Shown here: piece after piece, positions 1 through 6,100 of the stretch
Numbering within the stretch: the first letter of the stretch is position 1
Layout of the letters: the number at the start of each line of letters is the position of its first letter
Virus record (IMG/VR): IMGVR_UViG_3300038595_000030
Span: 1-25,481 of that record
Strand: one strand, 5' to 3'
Source of the DNA: a virus
Lineage: Duplodnaviria; Caudoviricetes
Length of the DNA: 25,481 nucleotides
The notes under the pieces: model-generated
Database searches by the model: none
What the model was told of the DNA's origin: nothing
The model's input: the letters and a program-made list of their open reading frames with translations, nothing else
Made by a program: the position numbers and the translations under genes

Positions 1-244
1 GGATATGGTCGTGCAGGATAATATAGTCGATATTATCATACTTAGACCATATCGTTTTGATGATGGTATAGCTATTCTCGGCGAATGCGGCACCCTTTAC
101 CTGCACGGTGCGGCTCACACCATCCTTATGGATGATGAAGTCCCAAGCCCTTCCGTGGGTGAATGGGAAGGCTACCTCCCAACCATACTCAATAAGTATA
201 GAGGCCACCCGTAGCTCTGAGATGGCTCCACTACTTAAGGACAT
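1..244 (-). CDS. PD-(D/E)XK endonuclease (PDDEXK_5-like), runs off the window edge; not in ORF track
   Basis: Manual translation from ATG at 244: MSLSSGAISELRVASILIEYGWEVAFPFTHGRAWDFIIHKDGVSRTVQVKG..., open to base 1; E...D...QVK motif pattern. Confidence 0.7.
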   Translation of the reverse strand, partial: MSLSSGAISELRVASILIEYGWEVAFPFTHGRAWDFIIHKDGVSRTVQVKGAAFAENSYTIIKTIWSKYDNIDYIILHDHI

Positions 245-662
245 CGTGAATCTTTTCGAGATAGTCATCGTAGCTTTTAGCTATGAAGTAGATGCCGCCA
301 GCATCCTGTATCTCCTTTTCTACTTCCTTTTGATGGGCCGATTGTCGGTCGCGTCCAATCTTCACCTCTATACCGATGAATCGGCCGTTTATGATCCCGA
401 TAATATCGGGGATACCCTTGCGGGTTACTCCCGCCCTGTAGGTGCCCCGGCGCTGGTCATAAACCGCACCGTTGTTTATGCGGTAGGCGATACCCTCACG
501 CACCCATTTCATATCAAATAGGATGGTCTTGGTGAGGTCATTGGCTGTCTTATCTTTAAATGACTTCTTCACCAAAGCGAATGGTGGAAGGTCGGGGTGT
601 TTCTCGGCGTTGAGTTTATTCGCCAGGGCTGCGAGTTGCTTGAGGTTCTTCGGTATTTCCAT
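231..662 (-). CDS. VRR-NUC domain nuclease
   Basis: GIPDII...FIGIEVK...QSAHQKE...GG.Y motif typical of phage VRR-NUC. Confidence 0.85.
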   Translation of the reverse strand: MEIPKNLKQLAALANKLNAEKHPDLPPFALVKKSFKDKTANDLTKTILFDMKWVREGIAYRINNGAVYDQRRGTYRAGVTRKGIPDIIGIINGRFIGIEVKIGRDRQSAHQKEVEKEIQDAGGIYFIAKSYDDYLEKIHDVLK

Positions 663-825
663 ACTTTTTCATTATTGTATATTCAATCAATCTGGTTATT
701 TCGCTCTTATTCAAGGCATCAAGGTAGTGGGTAGCATTCTCCCAGCACCGTGCTTTGAAGTGGTCAGAGTCCTTGTATTTGTCGCTCATACTTCTCGAGT
801 TTTTCTTGGAACTTAAGGTAGGCAT
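616..825 (-). CDS. hypothetical protein (true start probably the internal MSDKYK)
   Basis: Fills the gap between yqaJ and VRR-NUC on the same strand; no recognisable motif. Confidence 0.5.
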   Translation of the reverse strand: MPTLSSKKNSRSMSDKYKDSDHFKARCWENATHYLDALNKSEITRLIEYTIMKKYGNTEEPQATRSPGE

Positions 826-1381
826 CGAGCGCTTTGGTGATCTCTGCTTCTATCTCGTTACGCCACACGCGGTGGATATTTACCTTCTTGGTGTTCATTC
901 GGGGGTCATAAGATACGAAATCGAGCCAATTGAGCGTCTCTATGACTACAAAATAATGAATCACCTGCGCCAGGTACTCTGATGGCACCCTATTGATGCG
1001 GATATACTCGATATGCTTCTTAGTGCTGGGGCACTTCACCTCCACACCACCAACATAGGTGTCGCCTTCTTTTACAAGGCCATCGGGTGATACCGCTATA
1101 AATGGATATTTATCGTGCACGCAGAACCCTACCTCTTGGACCTCGTGCCCTGTTACCTCCTCATAAACTCTGATGGCTTCGGGCTCGAAAAGGATGCCGT
1201 GGCGCATAGCTTCTGAGGTGAATGATTCTGGGATAGTACCGCTTAGGCGCTCGGCGATGAGCTCATCGATGAACGGCAGGTTATTCTTCGCGAACACATT
1301 CTTCGCTCGTGATCCAGTGATAACGCCGAGACGGGCTTCGAACCACTCTTGGCTGCGCTGTTGTAGTTTTAACTCTTTCAT
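764..1381 (-). CDS. YqaJ / lambda-exonuclease-like recombination nuclease
   Basis: QRSQEWFEARLGVITGS, MRHGILFEPEA, SPDGL, EVKCP, YLAQV motifs. Confidence 0.92.
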   Translation of the reverse strand: MKELKLQQRSQEWFEARLGVITGSRAKNVFAKNNLPFIDELIAERLSGTIPESFTSEAMRHGILFEPEAIRVYEEVTGHEVQEVGFCVHDKYPFIAVSPDGLVKEGDTYVGGVEVKCPSTKKHIEYIRINRVPSEYLAQVIHYFVVIETLNWLDFVSYDPRMNTKKVNIHRVWRNEIEAEITKALDAYLKFQEKLEKYERQIQGL

Positions 1382-1399
1382 TGTTGTTGTGTGTTATAG

Positions 1400-1477
1400 T
1401 TAATCGTTTTCGATACCGTTCTCCTCGAGGTCTCGGTTCATTAAATCTATGAGGAGGTCTTTTTTATATCCTTTCAT
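1400..1477 (-). CDS. 25-aa hypothetical peptide
   Basis: Manual translation MKGYKKDLLIDLMNRDLEENGIEND; overlaps end of upstream ORF and fills the gap. Confidence 0.4.
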   Translation of the reverse strand: MKGYKKDLLIDLMNRDLEENGIEND

Positions 1478-1604
1478 TTGTTCTCATATCTTTGATTGGG
1501 AATAGATATTGTTTCCCATCTCGTTCTACAATTGCCGATGTGCCTCTACTTCCAATGTAGGTGTATTCTTCATTGTAGAATACAACCTTATCGCCTGTTT
1601 TCAT
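1464..1604 (-). CDS. 46-aa hypothetical protein (last array gene)
   Basis: Manual translation MKTGDKVVFYNEEYTYIGSRGTSAIVERDGKQYLFPIKDMRTNERI; preceded by the AATTTATCTTATG leader shared with 1870..2109. Confidence 0.6.
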   Translation of the reverse strand: MKTGDKVVFYNEEYTYIGSRGTSAIVERDGKQYLFPIKDMRTNERI

Positions 1605-1640
1605 AAGATAAATTTATTTATCGGTGAGGAGTCTGGCGAC

Positions 1641-1850
1641 TCATCTCTCTTCGGTGTTAAAGGTTTGGTTAAAGTAATTATCAAATCGTGGTTGAGGTAA
1701 TGATTCCCAATCTCCGCCCTCCATATACGCATCTTCAATCTGCTCTTTTTCCATTTGTGCGGCTTGATGAAACCATTGTATTTGCTCTTCAATCATTGTT
1801 GATGAGTCAAATAGTTTGTCCATTAAAAACCCTACTGCTGTTTGTTTCAT
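1641..1850 (-). CDS. 69-aa hypothetical cassette protein (MKQTAV...EKEQI.DAY type)
   Basis: Starts in repeat 1847, ends TFNTEER* in repeat 1641; resembles 2655..2897. Confidence 0.75.
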   Translation of the reverse strand: MKQTAVGFLMDKLFDSSTMIEEQIQWFHQAAQMEKEQIEDAYMEGGDWESLPQPRFDNYFNQTFNTEER

Positions 1851-1869
1851 TTCTCTTTAGTGTTAAAGG

Positions 1870-2109
1870 TTATCCATTGTGAATACATACCTCGTATTCG
1901 CATTTTTTACATTTGATAGCGGTAAAATAAGAACCTTGACCGACTTTAAATTCAGAACCTCCGCAGTGCTTACAATAAAGTGTTTCTACTGGTTCTTCTT
2001 CATAGACTTGTCCTATATGAAACTCTCCATCTTTTTTATATTCTACAAGGTATTCAGGGTAGCATTCATATTTACTAACTAATTCTTTTGGGTCGTGAAA
2101 TATTTTCAT
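1870..2109 (-). CDS. 79-aa zinc-ribbon cassette protein
   Basis: CKHC...CKKC cysteine pairs; stop abuts repeat 1847. Confidence 0.7.
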   Translation of the reverse strand: MKIFHDPKELVSKYECYPEYLVEYKKDGEFHIGQVYEEEPVETLYCKHCGGSEFKVGQGSYFTAIKCKKCEYEVCIHNG

Positions 2110-2144
2110 AAGATAAATTTATTTGCGGTGAGGAGTGCAACGAC

Positions 2145-2288
2145 TCATCTCTCTTTGGTGTTAAAATGTTCTACAATCAACTCAATCGCCATTCCTAAAT
2201 CTTTAGGCTCTGCCATCTCTAAAGTATCATCACCTCTGCGCCACTTGTTGTGATTCTCAAGTAGTGTTACTGCTTCTTGTAGTGTCAT
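2145..2288 (-). CDS. 47-aa hypothetical cassette protein; not in ORF track
   Basis: Manual translation MTLQEAVTLLENHNKWRRGDDTLEMAEPKDLGMAIELIVEHFNTKER; ATGA overlaps at both ends. Confidence 0.7.
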   Translation of the reverse strand: MTLQEAVTLLENHNKWRRGDDTLEMAEPKDLGMAIELIVEHFNTKER

Positions 2289-2497
2289 TTTTGTTTGATT
2301 TTAATTACATAATTTATGCAGCGTGGTATATGTGAATAGTCGTACTTGTGGTAGGTGATGTATGAGTTGATTATTTCAACATCGTTTTCATTTACCCAAT
2401 CTATAAACTCACTATGCTTCTTCATTCCATCAGTTCCATTATAGAAAGATAACTCTCTAATCTCTGATTTGGTGAAGAATCGTTTTAGCCACTTCAT
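2285..2497 (-). CDS. 70-aa hypothetical cassette protein
   Basis: Starts in repeat 2494, ends in degenerate repeat 2285. Confidence 0.65.
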   Translation of the reverse strand: MKWLKRFFTKSEIRELSFYNGTDGMKKHSEFIDWVNENDVEIINSYITYHKYDYSHIPRCINYVIKIKQK

Positions 2498-2658
2498 CTC
2501 TCTTTGGTGTTACAAGTTATTTCAAAAGGAGGGTCATATGGGTTTTTAGTAGTATTTGGCGTATGGTAGTGTATCTGTTCAGATAAAAGTATTACCGCCT
2601 CTTCTGCTGTGATATGGCTTTCCTCTATCAATCTTTGAACTATTTCTGCTTTACTCAT
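2494..2658 (-). CDS. 54-aa hypothetical cassette protein; not in ORF track
   Basis: Manual translation MSKAEIVQRLIEESHITAEEAVILLSEQIHYHTPNTTKNPYDPPFEITCNTKER; spans repeat to repeat exactly. Confidence 0.7.
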   Translation of the reverse strand: MSKAEIVQRLIEESHITAEEAVILLSEQIHYHTPNTTKNPYDPPFEITCNTKER

Positions 2659-2897
2659 CTCTCTTTGGTGTTAAAGGTGTCGTTGTAGTATTGCTCTGCT
2701 TTTTCAAGTGGAGTACCATCGGTGTAATCACATTGACCATCAATATGAGCATCTATAATCTCCTCCCACTCTTTCTCAAGCATTGATTGCGCTAACTTAA
2801 TAGCTAACTCTATGCTTTCCGTTGAATTGCCTATGTCTTTTGTGTTTCCATAAAAAACATCTAGCCGTTCAATTAACTCTTGTATTGGTGTTTTCAT
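2655..2897 (-). CDS. 80-aa hypothetical cassette protein (MKTP...EKE..IIDA...EQYYN type)
   Basis: Spans repeat 2894 to repeat 2655, ends TFNTKER*. Confidence 0.75.
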   Translation of the reverse strand: MKTPIQELIERLDVFYGNTKDIGNSTESIELAIKLAQSMLEKEWEEIIDAHIDGQCDYTDGTPLEKAEQYYNDTFNTKER

Positions 2898-2909
2898 CTC
2901 TCTTTGGTG

Positions 2910-2999
2910 TTAAAGGTTCTGAACTATAAAATAACCTATCCATTTACCTAACTGCCAGCATCCTATAATAAATACAATGTCTTTTAATATCTTTTTCAT
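2910..2999 (-). CDS. 29-aa hydrophobic cassette peptide; not in ORF track
   Basis: Manual translation MKKILKDIVFIIGCWQLGKWIGYFIVQNL; starts in repeat 2996, stops at the TAA inside repeat 2894. Confidence 0.55.
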   Translation of the reverse strand: MKKILKDIVFIIGCWQLGKWIGYFIVQNL

Positions 3000-3075
3000 T
3001 TCTCTTTTGTTTTAAAGGTTTTATTTGCGTTTATAGCCATAATTTGGTTCTTCTTGCAAAAGAAAACTAAAGGTG

Positions 3076-3174
3076 TCAAGCATCTTTTGCTTCTCCAATT
3101 TCTTCTATGGTTGGGCGTTTTCCATCTGCCCACAATCCTTTATAGTGATTGATTAGTTCTTTTAAATTTCTCAT
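3076..3174 (-). CDS. 32-aa cassette peptide, possibly truncated
   Basis: Manual translation MRNLKELINHYKGLWADGKRPTIEEIGEAKDA; starts in repeat 3171, stops in a 19-nt segment duplicated at 3419. Confidence 0.45.
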   Translation of the reverse strand: MRNLKELINHYKGLWADGKRPTIEEIGEAKDA

Positions 3175-3186
3175 TTCTCTTTAGTA

Positions 3187-3405
3187 TTAAAGGTTTTCTA
3201 TCTCTTTTCTCACTTCTTTCCAATACTGACCGAATGGATTAGGCACTAAAATATCTTCAAGGTATGTGGTTACCTCATCTACCGCAATCAATGCTGATTC
3301 TTTAGCAAGTCTAATTCTAATGCCATCCACAAGTTCGTTTACTTGTGATAGGTTAATAGTTATAAATTTACTGACTAACTCTTGTGCTTTCTCTTTTGGT
3401 GTCAT
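3187..3405 (-). CDS. 72-aa hypothetical cassette protein (MTPKEKA.EL...YW.EV..EIE.L type)
   Basis: Starts in repeat 3402, stops at the TAA inside repeat 3171. Confidence 0.75.
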   Translation of the reverse strand: MTPKEKAQELVSKFITINLSQVNELVDGIRIRLAKESALIAVDEVTTYLEDILVPNPFGQYWKEVRKEIENL

Positions 3406-3480
3406 CTCTCTTTTGTTTTAAAGGTGTCAAGCATCTTGTGCGGTTTACTTGACATAGTGTTCTATTAAAGACACAAAACC

Positions 3481-3612
3481 CTATCGTTCTGTATCATTAT
3501 TGGTTTCTAATTTCTCAAGCGTGTCCTTTAGAATCACATTCCAAGACCATTTGTCCTTGTCAGCGTTCCAAAGTTTCTCGTACATCTCCAGTAGTATCTC
3601 TCTATTTGTCAT
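3481..3612 (-). CDS. 43-aa hypothetical protein; not in ORF track
   Basis: Manual translation MTNREILLEMYEKLWNADKDKWSWNVILKDTLEKLETNNDTER. Confidence 0.55.
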   Translation of the reverse strand: MTNREILLEMYEKLWNADKDKWSWNVILKDTLEKLETNNDTER

Positions 3613-3660
3613 TTTACCATTATTTTGTACATCAGAGCGTACAATTTTACCCTTACTTTA

Positions 3661-3879
3661 TTAAGAATTAGCCATCTCAGTAATATCAACACCGCATCTA
3701 TCCGCTATGGCCTTGAACTGTTCCTTATTCGTTACCCTGGCCTCATAGGTCCACCCTTTGATGTGTCGGATGATGGTATAGCCCTCAACATTCAATCTAC
3801 GCACATCGCTTGGCTCTGCGATGATGTACACGCTGTGTAATTCGTTCTTATTCATTTTTATTGTCTCTATGGTTATCAA
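3661..3879 (-). CDS. hypothetical protein (start may be the internal MNKNEL)
   Basis: ORF track; co-oriented and packed in the operon. Confidence 0.6.
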   Translation of the reverse strand: MITIETIKMNKNELHSVYIIAEPSDVRRLNVEGYTIIRHIKGWTYEARVTNKEQFKAIADRCGVDITEMANS

Positions 3880-4165
3880 TCTCTTGGCGGAGCATTGCGA
3901 GCTCCTCTAAGTCCATACCAAGCACCAGCTCGATGTTGTACTGTATCTTAGTGAGGAGCTCTGGATCCGTATCATCCAATGCAGATAACGGACCTTTAAG
4001 GGTGGCCTCCATATCTCGCTCCAGAGAGCGCATCTTATTCTTGATGGTATGCTTATATAGACCAGTGCCTTTGAGCTCGTCCATCTGCTCGAGAGTGGCT
4101 TGTAAGAGGGCCACGAGCTTTACACCCTCTTTGAATACTTTATACTTCTGCTGTTGTGTGGTCAT
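3848..4165 (-). CDS. hypothetical helical protein
   Basis: ORF track; operon packing. Confidence 0.7.
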   Translation of the reverse strand: MTTQQQKYKVFKEGVKLVALLQATLEQMDELKGTGLYKHTIKNKMRSLERDMEATLKGPLSALDDTDPELLTKIQYNIELVLGMDLEELAMLRQEIDNHRDNKNE

Positions 4166-4168
4166 TGC

Positions 4169-4375
4169 TTAGAGTTTTAGCCATCTTCTGCGGCGTTCAT
4201 ACTTTCTAATCAGCTGGGCGCTATTATCAAGTAGCGCTACCACATCATCATTCCATTGCGTGCGTGATGCCGTGATGGTGATGTTGAGAATCTCCCAGCG
4301 GAGCTCAGCGATATACATATCAATGTATTTCTTGTGGCGCATTGTGCGCATCATTCTATTTATCAGCGTTCTCAT
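4169..4375 (-). CDS. hypothetical basic protein
   Basis: ORF track; operon packing. Confidence 0.6.
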   Translation of the reverse strand: MRTLINRMMRTMRHKKYIDMYIAELRWEILNITITASRTQWNDDVVALLDNSAQLIRKYERRRRWLKL

Positions 4376-4958
4376 AATATCCTTGTTTGAAGTTTACAGC
4401 GGCCATCTGAGCCTTCTTCTCATTGTATAGCGCTGAGAATGCCGCTTTAATCTTATCACGCTCATTGGTGAGCTTCTTCATCTGCTTACTAAGCTCCTCC
4501 AATTCTTTGGTGAGGTCCTCGCGCACCATCTTGAGGTGATCGCGGAGCATTTGAACCTTTGCCTCAGCCTCCTCACGGAGTTGCACCTCACGCTTGATGG
4601 CCTGGCGCATCTCAACCTGTGTGATGGGCTTGTGGTATTCCTCACCAAGGTAAGAGCTAACGAAGTCGAAAATATCGCAGTAGAGCTCGAAGTGTCGCAG
4701 GCGCTTTGTCGGATCGCTATGGTAACGAAGGGCGTGCTGCTTCTCAGCGTGGACCACTGAACAGTGGCTCATTGCCTTTACCTTACCATCGGGAGTCTCA
4801 AAGGTGAACATACGAGCTATCTCATTGGTCGTGAAGTGGGGGCGTAGGGCCACCATCAGCGCACTGCGGGCATCAACCACCTCCCTGCGGCGGGTGCGCA
4901 GAGAGGGGTCAATGTTAAAGTGCTCGTGCACCGCTTCTATTAAATCGAGGTGATTCAT
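4356..4958 (-). CDS. DnaA domain IV (Bac_DnaA_C)-like HTH protein with C-terminal coiled coil
   Basis: LIEAVHEHFNI...RTRRREVVDAR...TTNEIARMF...SHCSVVHA resembles the DnaA R.R....AR...L..IG..F...DH.TV.HA pattern; start placed at MNHL (4958), just after the ssb stop. Confidence 0.6.
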   Translation of the reverse strand: MNHLDLIEAVHEHFNIDPSLRTRRREVVDARSALMVALRPHFTTNEIARMFTFETPDGKVKAMSHCSVVHAEKQHALRYHSDPTKRLRHFELYCDIFDFVSSYLGEEYHKPITQVEMRQAIKREVQLREEAEAKVQMLRDHLKMVREDLTKELEELSKQMKKLTNERDKIKAAFSALYNEKKAQMAAVNFKQGYYENADK

Positions 4959-4959
4959 A

Positions 4960-5505
4960 TCAGAACGGCATATCATCTACATCCTCTTCCTCAAACGCTG
5001 CAGGAGCAGTGGCCGTTGGGATGGTTGTGTCTGGCACCTCCTCAGAGAGCGGTGCTGTGATTTTCACATCTTCCCAAAGGTCTGAATCATCGGCGCTATC
5101 GATATCATTCAATGAGAGGACAATACCTTTATTGATATATGCCGTTAAACCCTTTTTTCCTGCCATCTCCCAGCTTTTAATGAACGCACGGACACGGAGT
5201 ACCGAACCATTGCCGATAAGGCCTGTAAACGGCGTTTTTGAGGTATCCCACAATTGTGGTGGGTTGTTGCTTTTCAAGCGCACTGTTGGCTCATCATACT
5301 TAAACGTGCCGTCCTGGCGCTTGATGTTCAAGTGAGAGAGAATCTTCATTGACTCAAGCACCGCTTGGCTCTCCTTATCAAGGGTGAGCTCCACTTGGTA
5401 CTTCTCACTAAGTTTGTTGGGTCCGCTCTTTTCCGTGAGCTGTGCCCAATTCGCTGTACCAGTCAATACTGCTGATACGCCTTTTGCAAAATCTAACTTT
5501 GCCAT
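4960..5505 (-). CDS. ssb: single-stranded DNA-binding protein, T7 gp2.5/DUF2815-like
   Basis: G.A.WA.L..., KYQVEL, IGNGS.LRV, GL..Y motifs; acidic tail ending EEEDVDDMPF. Confidence 0.75.
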   Translation of the reverse strand: MAKLDFAKGVSAVLTGTANWAQLTEKSGPNKLSEKYQVELTLDKESQAVLESMKILSHLNIKRQDGTFKYDEPTVRLKSNNPPQLWDTSKTPFTGLIGNGSVLRVRAFIKSWEMAGKKGLTAYINKGIVLSLNDIDSADDSDLWEDVKITAPLSEEVPDTTIPTATAPAAFEEEDVDDMPF

Positions 5506-5521
5506 ATCTGTTGTTGTTTAT

Positions 5522-5563
5522 GCCGCTTCATTAGTGGTAGCACCGTGCGGCGTTACGGTGCTA
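5522..5563 (-). promoter_or_regulatory. predicted H-type pseudoknot upstream of ssb
   Basis: S1 UAGCACCGU/ACGGUGCUA (9 bp); loop GCCGC pairs with downstream GCGGC. Confidence 0.5.
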
Positions 5564-5689
5564 TGCTTGGAATCCGAATAGTACGGATGCTAATTTATAG
5601 ATGAGCGCCAGTATCGTGATGGCTGTAAATGCTGCCGAACCTATGGCGGTGTAGAACGTGGCTACCTGTAATCTGCTAAACTTTTTCAT
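5561..5689 (-). CDS. 42-aa single-pass membrane peptide, first gene of the early operon
   Basis: MKKFSRLQVATFYTAIGSAAFTAITILALIYKLASVLFGFQA; A/C-rich leader, downstream of a TAnnTTTG promoter (the longer ORF-track start overlaps the promoter). Confidence 0.6.
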   Translation of the reverse strand: MKKFSRLQVATFYTAIGSAAFTAITILALIYKLASVLFGFQA

Positions 5690-5723
5690 TGTTGTGTTTT
5701 TTAGTCTTATGCTTTTGGTTCTC

Positions 5724-5756
5724 CAAACATACGCAATCAATTTTAATTCACAACAA
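5724..5756 (-). promoter_or_regulatory. Bacteroidota sigma-A type promoter
   Basis: TTGTTG-N19-TATGTTTG matches the -33 (T)TTG / -7 TAnnTTTG consensus. Confidence 0.7.
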
Positions 5757-5771
5757 TTAACACGAAGAAAA

Positions 5772-5792
5772 TTCTCCACACAATTATCCACA
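5772..5792 (+). promoter_or_regulatory. tandem DnaA-box-like sites
   Basis: TTATCCACA (5784-5792, perfect) and TTCTCCACA (5772-5780, one mismatch). Confidence 0.45.
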
Positions 5793-5851
5793 AAACAAGC
5801 GATGAGTATTTATACCTAACCATTAGTATGGTTCTCTCGCTCTATTTTTCA

Positions 5852-5999
5852 CTGCCAAAATATGAGTATCTATTTACCTACTCGGGCCGTCAAGGCCCGA
5901 TAGGGAAATAAATACGAAGGCAGAGATTTTGTTTTTTTATTTTTTTTCTCCCTATATATAGCAGGAGAAAAAAAACAATTAACAGGAAATTGTTAATAA
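5852..5999. repeat. structured dispersed repeat, copy 1
   Basis: Three inverted-repeat modules; 44/46 identical core to 22512-22557. Confidence 0.9.
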
Positions 6000-6071
6000 C
6001 GACCCCTTTTGTGTCAAATATGAGACTTTAAAAAAGAGCCAAAAACCACCCTCTGAGAAGGTATAAATAAG

Positions 6072-6100
6072 AAAAGCCCCACCAAATTGGTAGGGCTTCT
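6072..6100 (-). terminator. intrinsic terminator of the lysis operon
   Basis: AAGCCCUACCA-AUU-UGGUGGGGCUU followed by UUCUUAUUU. Confidence 0.8.

Larger units (their letters stand above)
1641..3425 (-). repeat. Array of 24-nt direct repeats, consensus (minus) ACCTTTAACACCAAAGAGA(G/A)ATGA, separating short genes
   Basis: Copies start (plus coordinates) at 1641, 1847, 2145, 2494, 2655, 2894, 2996, 3171, 3402; degenerate copy at 2285; each supplies the ATG of the next ORF. Confidence 0.95.

Noticed and set aside
1601-1792. 63-aa minus ORF overlapping 1641..1850
   Set aside because: Alternative frame across a cassette gene and the repeat; the repeat-bounded frame is better supported.
1641-3425. 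CRISPR array interpretation of the 24-nt repeats
   Set aside because: Intervals are 78-325 nt, irregular and protein-coding; the repeat is non-palindromic and contains start/stop codons; no cas genes in the window.
1641-3425. Classical integron attC sites (CTTTAAC resembles the RYYYAAC inverse core)
   Set aside because: No paired GTTRRRY core or attC-length hairpin at the junctions, and no integrase in the window.
3425-3454. TTGACA as a sigma70 -35 box
   Set aside because: No -10 box at suitable spacing; promoters elsewhere follow the Bacteroidota consensus.
5941-5975. Hairpin with T and A runs as an intrinsic terminator (also 22584-22617)
   Set aside because: The U-run precedes the stem on both strands, so the geometry is wrong; treated as part of the structured repeat.
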